Virus record (IMG/VR): IMGVR_UViG_2744054452_000001
Span: 16,516 to 80,515 of that record
Source: a virus
Taxonomy: Duplodnaviria > Caudoviricetes
Length of the DNA stretch: 64,000 bases
Reading direction: 5' to 3' (one strand)
In this document: positions 1-9,113 of the stretch, one piece after another
How positions within the stretch are numbered: the stretch's first letter is position 1
Layout of the letters: each line of letters opens with the position of its first letter
Program-made: the position numbers and the translations under genes
The notes under the pieces: generated by a model
What the model was told of the DNA's origin: nothing
The model's database searches: none
The model's input: only the letters and a program-made list of their open reading frames with translations

Positions 1-337
1 CACGCTCAAGCCGATCAAGAAGTGCGTCCGAGTCCATCGTTTGGCTGATCGAATTGCCCTCCTGTTTGTGGCCACGCTTGAGGTGCATGTGGCGACGGCG
101 GGTGCATTGATCTGCAGTCTGGTCAGGATGCAGCGAAAGGGCGCCACCGTGCAGTCGGTAGCTCACATCGGCGGCACTATCAATGAGTGCCGGCATCAGC
201 CCCTTGTGGACGATCACGCAGATGGTTTCTGCACAGCGCTCACTGTCATTCTGGATCTCGTAGTTGACGACGAATTCTTCCTTGTCTGTCTCGGAATTGA
301 GGTAAGTCCAGCTGGTGCGTTTGAACGTGAATTTCAT
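1..337 (-). CDS. hypothetical protein (runs off the left edge of the window)
   Basis: ATG at 337 lies just after the primase stop (339-341); the frame MKFTFKRTSWTYLNSETDKEEF... stays open to base 1. Not in the ORF track because it is partial. Confidence 0.6.
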   Translation of the reverse strand, partial: MKFTFKRTSWTYLNSETDKEEFVVNYEIQNDSERCAETICVIVHKGLMPALIDSAADVSYRLHGGALSLHPDQTADQCTRRRHMHLKRGHKQEGNSISQTMDSDALLDRLER

Positions 338-338
338 A

Positions 339-1448
339 TTAGTTGCGCATGCGTGCTGCTTGAAGCGTCAGAAGAATCATTGATTTTTTGCTGACTGGTG
401 TGGCGCGAAAGATGGCGTCGAGCACCATGCTTGGTGGCGTGATGACGTTGCCCGGGCCTTGGGCCGGGTCGTAGTCGGCCGGCAGCAGCGCAATGGAGAC
501 TTCCAGCCCTATTCCGATCAGCAGCTTTGACGCCTCGATCGCCTTGAGCAGTGCCTTGCCTTCGCCGTCCCACATAAAGGTCACATGCTTGAGGCCGCGC
601 CTGCGCATCTGGTCGAACTTTGCAACCTGGCCAGCCTCACCTGCGGAAAGGTGCATGCCGAATGTGGCCAGGGCGATCATGTAGTTCAGCCCTGTCGCCC
701 CGAGCAATGCTTGCCGAATAGCGATAGCGTCGAATGCCCCCTCCCCCACCACCGCGTGGGTATGGATGCCCTCAATGAACGTGTTCGCGTTGTAGAGGTG
801 CGATCCCGCGACCGCAAAGCCTGCAGGGAAGAGGTACTTGGGCTCACGAGTGCCGGATATGTCGCGGCCCTGGTAGCTCACTAGGGTGCCCGCCATGTCC
901 CTGATGGGAATGAGCACGCGCTGGTCGAAGGACACATACTTCTCGCCGCCGTCACTGGTCTTGTACGTGTACCAGCCGCCATGACAGTACGACAGCTCGA
1001 AGTGAACCAGGCTGTCCAGCGTCACGCCGCGGGCCTGCAGGTAGGCCAGGTTCTGCCCCTCGATTGGCAAAGGGATGCACTTGCTGGGCATGGACAGGTG
1101 GTCGGCAGGCTTGTATATCTCCCGCACAGGCTTAGCGGGTGCCCAGCCGGCGTCGGCCGCCAGGTCGATCAGGTAGTTGTCCAGGGCGTCACCATGGAGG
1201 CCGGAGATCAGGCGCACCAGCTTGAACTTGTTGAACTTTTCGCCGCAGGCTCCATGAAAACAGTTGCCGAGGCCCGTGCCTGCATTGACGTACACCTTGC
1301 GGCCGCCCTCACCACACGCGGGGCATGTCTCCACGTTCAGCTGCATGCCGTTGGTGCCGTAGCTCTGTGTGTAGTCGATGCCTTCGCGGTCGAAATACTG
1401 CTCAATGTCGATCTTCTCAAGGCAGCGGGATAGGTCTTTTGAATCCAT
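339..1448 (-). CDS. DNA primase (Zn-finger + TOPRIM)
   Basis: N-terminal CPAC...CFHGAC zinc ribbon; IPIRD...SYQGR...PKY; TOPRIM VGEGAFDA and DGE...D motifs; near a DnaB-like helicase. Confidence 0.9.
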   Translation of the reverse strand: MDSKDLSRCLEKIDIEQYFDREGIDYTQSYGTNGMQLNVETCPACGEGGRKVYVNAGTGLGNCFHGACGEKFNKFKLVRLISGLHGDALDNYLIDLAADAGWAPAKPVREIYKPADHLSMPSKCIPLPIEGQNLAYLQARGVTLDSLVHFELSYCHGGWYTYKTSDGGEKYVSFDQRVLIPIRDMAGTLVSYQGRDISGTREPKYLFPAGFAVAGSHLYNANTFIEGIHTHAVVGEGAFDAIAIRQALLGATGLNYMIALATFGMHLSAGEAGQVAKFDQMRRRGLKHVTFMWDGEGKALLKAIEASKLLIGIGLEVSIALLPADYDPAQGPGNVITPPSMVLDAIFRATPVSKKSMILLTLQAARMRN

Positions 1449-1759
1449 TACTGCACCTCGGGATATGCAGGCTCGGTTCCAGTGAATGAGTTGACCTCGC
1501 GCTTCAAGCGCAGGACTTCTTCCTCTAACTCCTTGATGCGCTCGCCGTTGTAGGTCGTGTCCAGCACCAGTTCATCATTGAGATAGACATGGGCACCAAT
1601 CACATCGCCCATTTCCACCTCATGCGCGCACTGGTGACACAGGCACTGGCGTCCAGCCTGATCGCACTCTGCGAGCTCTGCTGCTTCCTGGGGACTATTG
1701 GCCTTGTATGCGCCGCTGTTGCTGGCGTCATAGATGACGGTTACGTCGTACTTGTTCAT
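1448..1759 (-). CDS. hypothetical protein (CLCHQC motif, C-terminal coiled coil)
   Basis: Its stop overlaps the primase start; same orientation. Confidence 0.7.
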   Translation of the reverse strand: MNKYDVTVIYDASNSGAYKANSPQEAAELAECDQAGRQCLCHQCAHEVEMGDVIGAHVYLNDELVLDTTYNGERIKELEEEVLRLKREVNSFTGTEPAYPEVQ

Positions 1760-1770
1760 TTGTGTTGGGT

Positions 1771-1806
1771 AAAAAAAAGGGGGCTAGACCGTGATGATCT
1801 GCCCCT
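1771..1806 (-). terminator. intrinsic terminator between helicase and downstream genes
   Basis: Minus strand GGGGCAGATC-ATCAC-GGTCTAGCCCC followed by T8. Confidence 0.55.
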
Positions 1807-1867
1807 GTCTATGGACAATTAAACCCAAAACCAGCCCCTAAGAGACTCAGTTCTGACTTAGATTGTA

Positions 1868-3304
1868 TCAGGCTTCACCGATAACTTCAACGAGGAACTT
1901 TGCCCGTTCAATGTCCTGCTTGATGCTCAGCGTGACGCCGGTGCGCTGGTTGCGCGAGGCGGCAAAGTGCAAGCGTGCGTTGTTGGCAGCTCGCTCTTCT
2001 TCTGTCACGTTGATGGAGATCACCACGTCAGCAATGCGGATCTTGTTGAAGTCTTCGGCAACGTCTGTAGCGCCGGCAACGGCCTTCTTTGCACCCTCAC
2101 GATTGGTCTGGGTGGCGGTCAGCAGCGCAAAGCCCTCGGACATGGCCATACCGCGCAGATCCACATAGATCGTGCGGCTGTTTTCCTGCACGTTGTCGGT
2201 GCGGTACTCGGGCGCCATCAGGTCGGCATAGTCAACGACAACGAGGTCGAAGATGATGCCTTGCTGCTTGTAGCGCTCGATCAGGCGGCGCAGATCGCTA
2301 ACCTTCATCGAGCCTGTCGGGAACTCGTGTAGGGTCAGGCTAGACAGCTTCGCCAGGCGCTCCTTCACGCGAATCGAGACCTGCTCGGACTTCGCGTCCA
2401 ACTCATACATCGGTGTGTCTGAGAGGTTCGCGTCCATGCGGTCAGCGATGATGCCGTTTGCAACCTCAAGGGTGATGTAGAGCACCCGGAAGCCAGCATC
2501 GGCGGCATTGATCGCAAAGTTAATCATGGCCATGGACTTGCCAGACTTGGCAGCGCCCATGAGCAGCGACATTTCTTTGCGCCCCCAGCCCTTGTGATAC
2601 AGGTAGGCGTCGAGCTCTGGATAGCCCGTAGTGATGCCGTTGGGCGCGATGGCACCGCTTGCACGCAAGGCGCGCTCTTTGGTGCGTGCCTCCAGCATGT
2701 CGGCGTAGCTATAGCCCTCCGCACCGTGCGCTACGCCCACCTCAAGGGCGGCACGCATGATCTTTGCGATGCGTTCAAAGTCGCCCTTGTCAACGAGCTC
2801 GGCAGCTTCCAGCACCGCATTCGTGACGGCCTGCTTTTGGGCAAACATGCCCACCTTCTCGGCAACATAGTCTCGATCGGACAGGTCAACCGAGGGCAAG
2901 CGGGTTCGCACGAACTCGATGACCTGGCGGGCAACATCGGGAATGAGCGCCTTCTCAAGCAGCGCGTCCTTGATCGCTGAATTCAGCGTGACCAGGCTGG
3001 GCGCTTCCTTGTACTTGTTGAAGTGACGCTGGGCGATCTTGACCAGGCCGGCATGCGCGGGCTTTTCAAAATACTCAGGGCGCACCAGCCCATCCGTCAG
3101 CTGGCAGAACTTGGTGTCCCGCGTGAGCATCGCCGCGATCTTCTCTTGGAAGTCGAGGTCGAATTCATAGTGTGCCTCTGCGGGCGATGATGGGGCTGGC
3201 GCTGGTGCAGTTGCGGAGATAGCCGCGACCGCCACCGGTGTCATTCCAGGCAGAGTTGCTGGGTCTGCCACCACCACGCAGGCAGATCCATCGTAGCCAT
3301 CCAT
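1868..3304 (-). CDS. dnaB: replicative DnaB-like (SF4) helicase
   Basis: Walker A GAAKSGKS, YITLE, Walker B VVVDYADL, TATQTNR, and KIRIADVVI motifs. Confidence 0.9.
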   Translation of the reverse strand: MDGYDGSACVVVADPATLPGMTPVAVAAISATAPAPAPSSPAEAHYEFDLDFQEKIAAMLTRDTKFCQLTDGLVRPEYFEKPAHAGLVKIAQRHFNKYKEAPSLVTLNSAIKDALLEKALIPDVARQVIEFVRTRLPSVDLSDRDYVAEKVGMFAQKQAVTNAVLEAAELVDKGDFERIAKIMRAALEVGVAHGAEGYSYADMLEARTKERALRASGAIAPNGITTGYPELDAYLYHKGWGRKEMSLLMGAAKSGKSMAMINFAINAADAGFRVLYITLEVANGIIADRMDANLSDTPMYELDAKSEQVSIRVKERLAKLSSLTLHEFPTGSMKVSDLRRLIERYKQQGIIFDLVVVDYADLMAPEYRTDNVQENSRTIYVDLRGMAMSEGFALLTATQTNREGAKKAVAGATDVAEDFNKIRIADVVISINVTEEERAANNARLHFAASRNQRTGVTLSIKQDIERAKFLVEVIGEA

Positions 3305-3732
3305 TACTTGACCTCGGACTTGTTGAACTCGGGCAGGTCGATGGTGTCGATGGCGTGCTTGTAGATGATGGAATGCACGACCGTGTTGTTGCCAACTGAG
3401 CGCTCCATCGTCACGGTGAAGCGATCGCGGCGAACGATGATGCCGGTGATCTGCGAGCCGTTCAGACGGGTAATGGTGACGGGCTGGGCGTGATTTTGCA
3501 CATGAGACAGTGCCGCGTCATGACCCTCGGGCCGAGCACGCTGCACACCTGCGCCGCCGTTGCGGGCCTGGCCCTGCTTGCCGCCGCGGGCCGCCAGTGT
3601 CATCGTGGAGCGATCGGGACGCTCGACGCGCGGAGCTGCGATGTGGCGATGGGCCAGCACGCCGGGCTCAGCCGAGGCTTGGCGGTTTGCGTCAGAGGGG
3701 AATGCTGTGTTGCCGTGGATAGGGGAGTTCAT
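3304..3732 (-). CDS. hfq: Hfq-like Sm-fold RNA-binding protein with disordered N-terminal extension
   Basis: GHDAALSHV...PVTITRLNGSQITGIIVRRDRFTV...IIYKHAIDTI matches the Hfq Sm1 motif and the YKHAI Sm2 signature. Confidence 0.8.
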   Translation of the reverse strand: MNSPIHGNTAFPSDANRQASAEPGVLAHRHIAAPRVERPDRSTMTLAARGGKQGQARNGGAGVQRARPEGHDAALSHVQNHAQPVTITRLNGSQITGIIVRRDRFTVTMERSVGNNTVVHSIIYKHAIDTIDLPEFNKSEVK

Positions 3733-3830
3733 ACTGGTTCAATCATTCGGGCGTCGCCCGGTGCTCAAATTGTGTTTTTCAAGGTCTGGACTGACCAAGA
3801 TGCGAGCATTCTAACTGACTCAGTTCTGAC

Positions 3831-4514
3831 TTACTTAAATTGCTTGTAGTGAAGCAATGCAGCCTCTGCTTCTGCCGGGAAGAACCTGGTTGCCAGGGCT
3901 TCATCAAGCACGCCTTCTTTGATGAGTCGGGAGACCAGTCGATGACGGGGTGCGGCGCGCTTAGAGAGCTGATCCACGACGAACTCGATATGCGCAACTT
4001 GAACCGGGTGCTCTTCCCACTGCAGGGCAAGAAAGAAGGGTTCGCGGCTGTAGGTCAGCTCACGCGCTACCCGCTCCTTCCAAGCGTTGTAGAGGTCAAC
4101 CACGCTGTCGTAGCCATACATTTGGTTGGGGCGCGGGAAGGTGCGCCATCCATTGTTGATCGCTCGTCGCATCAGGAACTGCAGCGCCCACGGGTACGGG
4201 CAGCCGATTTTGTCGAGTACCTGCCGCGCTCTCCACACAGAGTTCGCCTCCCGGCTGCGAAGTGCGTCTGCCGGAGCTATCCCAACCACCGAGTCGGCCG
4301 TGCCGGTGTCCTTGCATGTTGCATAGAACTTCTTCGCCTGCTCGTTGTAGAAGTGCGCCCAGAGATAGGTGGCCTCAGTTGGGTGCAGAAGCCGGTAGTC
4401 AAACCATTTTCGCTGCAGCGCGTCAGGCTCCTTCTCTCTGAACTTCTCATCAATGATGAGCATGGACATTTCGTAGTGATCCCGGCTGAGTCCTGAGCCG
4501 AAGTAGGGTGTCAT
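3831..4514 (-). CDS. hypothetical phage replication-region protein
   Basis: 227-aa aromatic-rich ORF heading the replication block; its TAA lies inside an 18-bp palindrome. Confidence 0.75.
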   Translation of the reverse strand: MTPYFGSGLSRDHYEMSMLIIDEKFREKEPDALQRKWFDYRLLHPTEATYLWAHFYNEQAKKFYATCKDTGTADSVVGIAPADALRSREANSVWRARQVLDKIGCPYPWALQFLMRRAINNGWRTFPRPNQMYGYDSVVDLYNAWKERVARELTYSREPFFLALQWEEHPVQVAHIEFVVDQLSKRAAPRHRLVSRLIKEGVLDEALATRFFPAEAEAALLHYKQFK

Positions 4515-4635
4515 TTGTTCGCTGCCCCATTAAGAACGGTATTTAAGAGAGGGTTATATATAGGGGAAACGCGAAAATCGCTAACAAAATTTTCGCTTTA
4601 TGAAAAATCACCGGTAAGTTATTGAATTGAATAAT

Positions 4636-4671
4636 AAAAAAAGAACCCCGGAATGATGAATTCAGGGGTTC
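4636..4671 (-). terminator. intrinsic terminator after phoH
   Basis: Minus strand GAACCCC...GGGGTTC stem followed by T7. Confidence 0.65.
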
Positions 4672-4690
4672 GGAACGCTTGGGAGGAAGC

Positions 4691-5554
4691 CTATCTGCCT
4701 GTTTTAATCCATGCAGGGAGGTTCACCGTCAGTAGTTTAGACAGCCCGGTAGGACGGGAACTGGACTCGTCCTGGCGGGAATACACACCGAGCATGCTTT
4801 TGACAAACCCGGAGCGAACACAGTCTGCGATGGAGAACTCCACGACCGCGACTTCATCGAGCTTACCGGTGCGGCGGATTGCATCACCCATGCCAGAGAG
4901 ACCCTGAATGTCAGATTGATCCAGGTCGCCGCAGATCATCACCTTGCAATTCTGGCCAACTCGGGTGAGCAGCATCTTCATTTGCTCCGGCGTGGTGTTC
5001 TGCGCCTCGTCAACGATGATCCAGGCATCATTGAAGGTGCGCCCGCGCATGAATGCCAGAGGAAGGGGTTCTACCTGGCCACTCTTGAGCGCATATTCCA
5101 GTTGGCCAGCGCCCATGCTGTCCTTCATGATCTGTCGGACTGGCTCGATGTAAGGGGCGAATTTTTCATCCAGCTCGCCAGGCAGAAAGCCCAGCTTCTC
5201 GCCGGCCGCCTCGATTGCGGGTCGTGTAAGGACGATCTTGCTGATTCGCTTAGAAGTGAATGCCTCGCATGCCATTGTCACGGCAACATAGGTCTTGCCG
5301 GTGCCCGCTGGGCCTGTTGCGAAGATAAGCTGGCTCGTATTGATCGCGGAGATCAGGAGCTTCTGATTGGCGCTCTGCGCCTGCAGCTTTTTGGCTGGCC
5401 TGCTCGGCTGGTATTCCAGCTGAGCAAGTGCATTTGTAAGGTGTGAGTTCACCGGATCGCCCCGGCCAATGCGCCCACTTTTGTTATTTTTGTTCTTATG
5501 GTTGCTTGCGCTTGCCATCGTCATCTCCAGTGAACTCAGGAACGAACTATACAT
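4691..5554 (-). CDS. phoH: PhoH-family ATPase
   Basis: GPAGTGKT, TRPAIEA, LGFLPG, AFMRGRTF, DEAQN, LTRVG and GDLDQSD motifs. True start may be an ATG near 5518-5524. Confidence 0.92.
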   Translation of the reverse strand: MYSSFLSSLEMTMASASNHKNKNNKSGRIGRGDPVNSHLTNALAQLEYQPSRPAKKLQAQSANQKLLISAINTSQLIFATGPAGTGKTYVAVTMACEAFTSKRISKIVLTRPAIEAAGEKLGFLPGELDEKFAPYIEPVRQIMKDSMGAGQLEYALKSGQVEPLPLAFMRGRTFNDAWIIVDEAQNTTPEQMKMLLTRVGQNCKVMICGDLDQSDIQGLSGMGDAIRRTGKLDEVAVVEFSIADCVRSGFVKSMLGVYSRQDESSSRPTGLSKLLTVNLPAWIKTGR

Positions 5555-5652
5555 AGTCAGTCCTGACTTACCTATAAGGCAAATGAAGAAAGTTGAAATA
5601 TTTTTTCATTTCCACCTTCTTCACGTAAGTTACATTAAATCCAGATGCGAGA

Positions 5653-5674
5653 AAGCCCGCGCAATGGCGGGCTT
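5653..5674. terminator. hairpin terminator at the end of the late operon
   Basis: AAGCCCGC-GCAATG-GCGGGCTT. Confidence 0.6.
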
Positions 5675-5678
5675 GTCG

Positions 5679-5894
5679 TCACTTCTTGGCCGAAAAGCGA
5701 GCTATGCGGTCTGCCAAAACTCCCTGCAGCTGGGTCATCAACCCAGACTGACGCACCAGCAGCTTTGAGTCCTCCCAATCGAGCTTCGCAAACGCTTCGC
5801 CCGCAATGAACGAATTGAGCTTGGCCAGGCGTTCGTCCAGCTCGTTCTTCTCATGCACGACTCGCAGCTCGTGCGGCATCAGGCCGGCGGTCAC
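5679..5894 (-). CDS. small coiled-coil phage protein (crAss001_48-like)
   Basis: PHELRVVHEKNELDERLAKL...LL..Q...M..L..VL..RI pattern. A GTG start overlapping the upstream TGA is more likely than 5951. Confidence 0.6.
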   Translation of the reverse strand: MTAGLMPHELRVVHEKNELDERLAKLNSFIAGEAFAKLDWEDSKLLVRQSGLMTQLQGVLADRIARFSAKK

Positions 5895-6241
5895 AGGCGG
5901 CCGTCCTTCTTGGCCAGCTCTGTGAGCAGTTGAAAGCCCATCGGTTGCCACATCTGGCGCACGGCGTCCTCGCGGGCGTAATGGCGGCCCAGCTCGGCGT
6001 CGAAGTTCTTGGGCGAAACAACCTGGCTCTTGCCGACGATGGTGCCGCCGTTAGCCAGCGTGAAGATGCAGAAGGTCAGCAGCTCCAGTGGCTTGAGGTC
6101 GGCGTCCATGCCAAGTGGCACTTCCTTACCGACGTATGTGCCGGCCTCGATCGCTCCGTTGCGGCCGTCAGCGGCAGTGAAATAGTGCTCGCTCACGATG
6201 AAGGCTTCAATATCAGCCAGGGTCACTTTTGGGGCGTTCAT
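5891..6241 (-). CDS. N4 Gp49/Sf6 gp66-family protein
   Basis: VTLADIEAFI...LTFCIFTLANG...VSPKNFDAELGR..A...AV..MW..MGF pattern. Confidence 0.75.
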   Translation of the reverse strand: MNAPKVTLADIEAFIVSEHYFTAADGRNGAIEAGTYVGKEVPLGMDADLKPLELLTFCIFTLANGGTIVGKSQVVSPKNFDAELGRHYAREDAVRQMWQPMGFQLLTELAKKDGRL

Positions 6242-6861
6242 TCGCCACTCTCCTTGTTGTTGTTATTGGTGCAATAGGTCTGCACCCAGCCCACCAGCTT
6301 GTCGTGCTTCACGGCAAGGGCTAGATAGGTCTGTGAGCTTTCCTGGTCGCTCAGTGCAAGGTCTGCCCACGTAGGGGCTTGAGGCCCGGTGCCGGCGTCA
6401 TCAGCTCGGCCGGCAGCGGCGGCAGCTGGTGCCCTGCCCGCACGTAGATCGGGGTTGGTTTTTGCACGGGCTTCGTTGAGCAGGCTGACAATGCCAGGAT
6501 CGACGCGGCTGCCGCCCATCGAATCAGCCTTACAGGATTGAGATCCACTTTTCTTCCCTTCGTTGAGATATGCGGCAAGCTCGCGCTTCGCCCGGGTTGC
6601 GTCACCGCCCAGCCTTGCAATCTCTGCCTCGGCTCGTTCGCGGTAGTCGCTGGATGCGCGTGCGCGGGCTTCATCAATGGCCTCTTGCTTGCGCTTTTCC
6701 TCACCGGACTTTTGGGCGTATTCGTTGACCGCCTGGGTGTACCCAGCGGCTGTGCCCTGCAGACGACCTTCGATCTCGCCGGCGGCCCTGCCCTCTTGAT
6801 AGGTCAGGAAGACCGTGAGCACTGCAGCGCCAGCGATCGCGGCTTTCGACAACCAGGTCAT
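6238..6861 (-). CDS. i-spanin (Rz-like)
   Basis: N-terminal TM helix and periplasmic coiled coil, in the lysis cassette, with a nested lipoprotein ORF. Confidence 0.75.
   Translation of the reverse strand: MTWLSKAAIAGAAVLTVFLTYQEGRAAGEIEGRLQGTAAGYTQAVNEYAQKSGEEKRKQEAIDEARARASSDYRERAEAEIARLGGDATRAKRELAAYLNEGKKSGSQSCKADSMGGSRVDPGIVSLLNEARAKTNPDLRAGRAPAAAAAGRADDAGTGPQAPTWADLALSDQESSQTYLALAVKHDKLVGWVQTYCTNNNNKESGE
6351..6548 (-). CDS. o-spanin (Rz1-like lipoprotein) embedded in the i-spanin
   Basis: GTG at 6548; signal RLIRWAAAASILALSA-C (lipobox LSAC); Pro-rich mature region; alternate frame inside Rz. Confidence 0.75.
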   Translation of the reverse strand: MDLNPVRLIRWAAAASILALSACSTKPVQKPTPIYVRAGHQLPPLPAELMTPAPGLKPLRGQTLH

Positions 6862-7226
6862 TCGCTGTCCTTGTCTTCCTGGCGGTTCTGCGCGGCGCGC
6901 TCACCGAACCAGAAGCCCACCAGGGTCGCCACGATTGGGCCGATACCGTTCATGTATGCCTCTGCGGTAATGTCGTGGCGGTACCAGGCCATCGTGCAGA
7001 CCACGGTGAATGCCGTGGCGAACATCACGGTCATGAACGGCCGCGCGGCGGCATTGAGCACCTGCATCCAGGTTAGTGCCGTGGTTGCTTGCTCGCGCTC
7101 TGCCAGCGCCAGCTGCGTGCGTTCGCGGGCGGTGCGCGGGGCACCCCCCTCAATGCGAGGCGTCACGTTGAGCGCGCGGCCGGCGGCAGGGTCGTTGGGG
7201 ATCAGGGGTTCGCGGTCGTCTTTCAT
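6858..7226 (-). CDS. putative holin (2 TM)
   Basis: ATG at 7226 overlaps the endolysin stop; RPFMT...TM...TM-GFWFGER followed by a charged C-terminus. Confidence 0.65.
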   Translation of the reverse strand: MKDDREPLIPNDPAAGRALNVTPRIEGGAPRTARERTQLALAEREQATTALTWMQVLNAAARPFMTVMFATAFTVVCTMAWYRHDITAEAYMNGIGPIVATLVGFWFGERAAQNRQEDKDSE

Positions 7227-7714
7227 GGCACCAGCCCCGCGAGGTATTGGGTCTTTTTGCCCGGGCTGAACTTGGCGGTCAGTACCTGGCGCTTTGTGCC
7301 GACACTGATGTGAACCCAGCTCCCCTCCCAGATCAGTTGGCCAAACACAATGTTCGATTTCTGGATTGCGCGGCAGATCTCGAGCGGCGTGCCGTAGCGC
7401 GGGCATGTGAAATCGGCAGCCAGGCCCAGCAGGTGATCGCTGTTTTTGGATCCACCGACCGCAGCATTGACTTCGGGCGAGCGATAGCCGGAGCTGACGT
7501 GAATCACCTTGTTGCCCAGCAGGGAGCGCACTTGCTCCAGCAGTTGAGCTACCTTGAACAGATTGCGCAGGGCGTCTTGGTCAGGGATGTTGGACAGCCC
7601 CTTGCGCGTTGCGGTGTCGCTGCGTGTGAACTCCTGCAGCATGAAGTGAAGGGAAAGCTCAAGCGGGCGCTTGGCTGCGTCTGTGCGCAGCACGTTCTGG
7701 GTCGAAGCACTCAT
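7223..7714 (-). CDS. endolysin, peptidase M15 family
   Basis: LSLHF.L.EF.RS, SSGYRS..VN..VGGS..S.H..G.AAD and WVHIS motifs. Start at ATG 7714. Confidence 0.88.
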   Translation of the reverse strand: MSASTQNVLRTDAAKRPLELSLHFMLQEFTRSDTATRKGLSNIPDQDALRNLFKVAQLLEQVRSLLGNKVIHVSSGYRSPEVNAAVGGSKNSDHLLGLAADFTCPRYGTPLEICRAIQKSNIVFGQLIWEGSWVHISVGTKRQVLTAKFSPGKKTQYLAGLVP

Positions 7715-8052
7715 TGGCCAGCACCCTTCTGCAGGATGGGCAGTACCCAGGCAAAGGCTGCTGCGCCGCCGGCAGCCCACATGGCGCGCACAAGCCAGAT
7801 GGTCGTTTGAACACGGGTTTTGTCGCGCTCGTACTCGATGTAAATGTCCCGAACGGACTTCTCGACGGTGTCCAGCCGGCGCTCAACGCGGTCGTGGAAC
7901 TTCTGCATCATGGCGATGCGCTCGTCAATCACGGTGATGCGCTGCATGGCTTCTGTCATGCGGCGCATCAGCTCTTTCATTTCACCCAGCTCGTCTGCCA
8001 GGTGCTTGAGGTCGCGCTGAGTGGCGACATTCTGGTCTGTTGTGGTTGTCAT
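7711..8052 (-). CDS. coiled-coil protein with C-terminal TM (holin/antiholin-like)
   Basis: Heptad-rich body with one C-terminal hydrophobic helix; first gene of the lysis cassette. Confidence 0.6.
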   Translation of the reverse strand: MTTTTDQNVATQRDLKHLADELGEMKELMRRMTEAMQRITVIDERIAMMQKFHDRVERRLDTVEKSVRDIYIEYERDKTRVQTTIWLVRAMWAAGGAAAFAWVLPILQKGAGQ

Positions 8053-8124
8053 TATTCTTATAGTCCACTTAGTAAGTAAGTCAAAACTGACTTCTTAAAA
8101 AGCGGAGTATATAGACATGACGGA

Positions 8125-8379
8125 CTATTTACCAGTCGCTACCAATGCCTTGGGCGAGTGCTCGCGTGCCAGCTCTGCGCTGTAGGCTCCCCGGCAGTGG
8201 TTTGACTGCCAGAAAAAGAGTGCATTCACCACGGCGACGAAAACGCCCCACTTTCGGCTGCCGGCCGTCTTCATGCGCCAGGCGCGGGAGCAAATGGTCT
8301 CATCAGGCATGCCTGCCCAGAGAGTGTTCCAGAGCTGGCTCAGGGCAATGCCTACATGGCCAAGGTAGTTTTTCATCAT
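8125..8379 (-). CDS. small membrane-associated phage protein
   Basis: ALSQLWNT...G.PDET.CSRAW...LFFWQ.NHC pattern, typical of tail/lysis junction genes. Confidence 0.65.
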   Translation of the reverse strand: MMKNYLGHVGIALSQLWNTLWAGMPDETICSRAWRMKTAGSRKWGVFVAVVNALFFWQSNHCRGAYSAELAREHSPKALVATGK

Positions 8380-8393
8380 GCTTCCTTTTCTAT

Positions 8394-9110
8394 TTAATTG
8401 ATGATGGGTCGAGGTGTTATTTCGGTCGGCGTATCGCCTGGCTCATACGTGTCTTCTGGTGCATCTACTGGTGGCTGCGGGGTCGGCTCTGGCACACCTG
8501 GGTTTGATGGCACGGCATCTTCGACGCCTTCCCAGATGCATCCCCTCACCTCCTGAACGGTGGTCGCCTCCATGATGCGTTCACGCAGCTCGCGCGCCTT
8601 GACATGCAGTGAGCTTGCGTACAGGGCGAATGCCGCGGGCATGCCAATCACGTCCTCCCGGGATAGCTCGATGGTCGAGTTGTCGGCGCAGACCCAGAGG
8701 GTTGAGAAATCCTGGTCGAAGAATTTTGCAGCGATCGCCGCCTGCGCAGTGGTGTTAATGCGGGACGCGCTGCGTTCGTCGGAGTCGAACACCCTCCCCT
8801 TGTACGGAAAGCCCCTGGTTTCAAGACCGTCGCGGATTCGGACGATGGCGGCCCAGCGTGCAGCCTGTTCTTCTTCTAGCGGGCTCTGGTATGGGCCTGA
8901 GTCGATGATGCCCTCGGCAAAGAGCCTGGCGCGGGTCTTGCTGTAGACCTCCGATGTGAGTTCTGTGTATTCGCCGTCAATCTTCACGGAGCGAAATCCA
9001 AGCGACTGCTGAATCCCGTCCATATCGAAAGAGGTCAGCGCTGTGCCGACCCACGAAAACCCGTCGCCAGGATTGCATGCGACACTGCTGATGCTAAAGT
9101 TTCTTTTCAT
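8394..9110 (-). CDS. DUF4376-like tail fibre assembly protein
   Basis: RD......GF...G..FDSD..S..RI...W..ADNS...L pattern; paralog of 16747-17361. Confidence 0.7.
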   Translation of the reverse strand: MKRNFSISSVACNPGDGFSWVGTALTSFDMDGIQQSLGFRSVKIDGEYTELTSEVYSKTRARLFAEGIIDSGPYQSPLEEEQAARWAAIVRIRDGLETRGFPYKGRVFDSDERSASRINTTAQAAIAAKFFDQDFSTLWVCADNSTIELSREDVIGMPAAFALYASSLHVKARELRERIMEATTVQEVRGCIWEGVEDAVPSNPGVPEPTPQPPVDAPEDTYEPGDTPTEITPRPIIN

Positions 9111-9113
9111 TTT

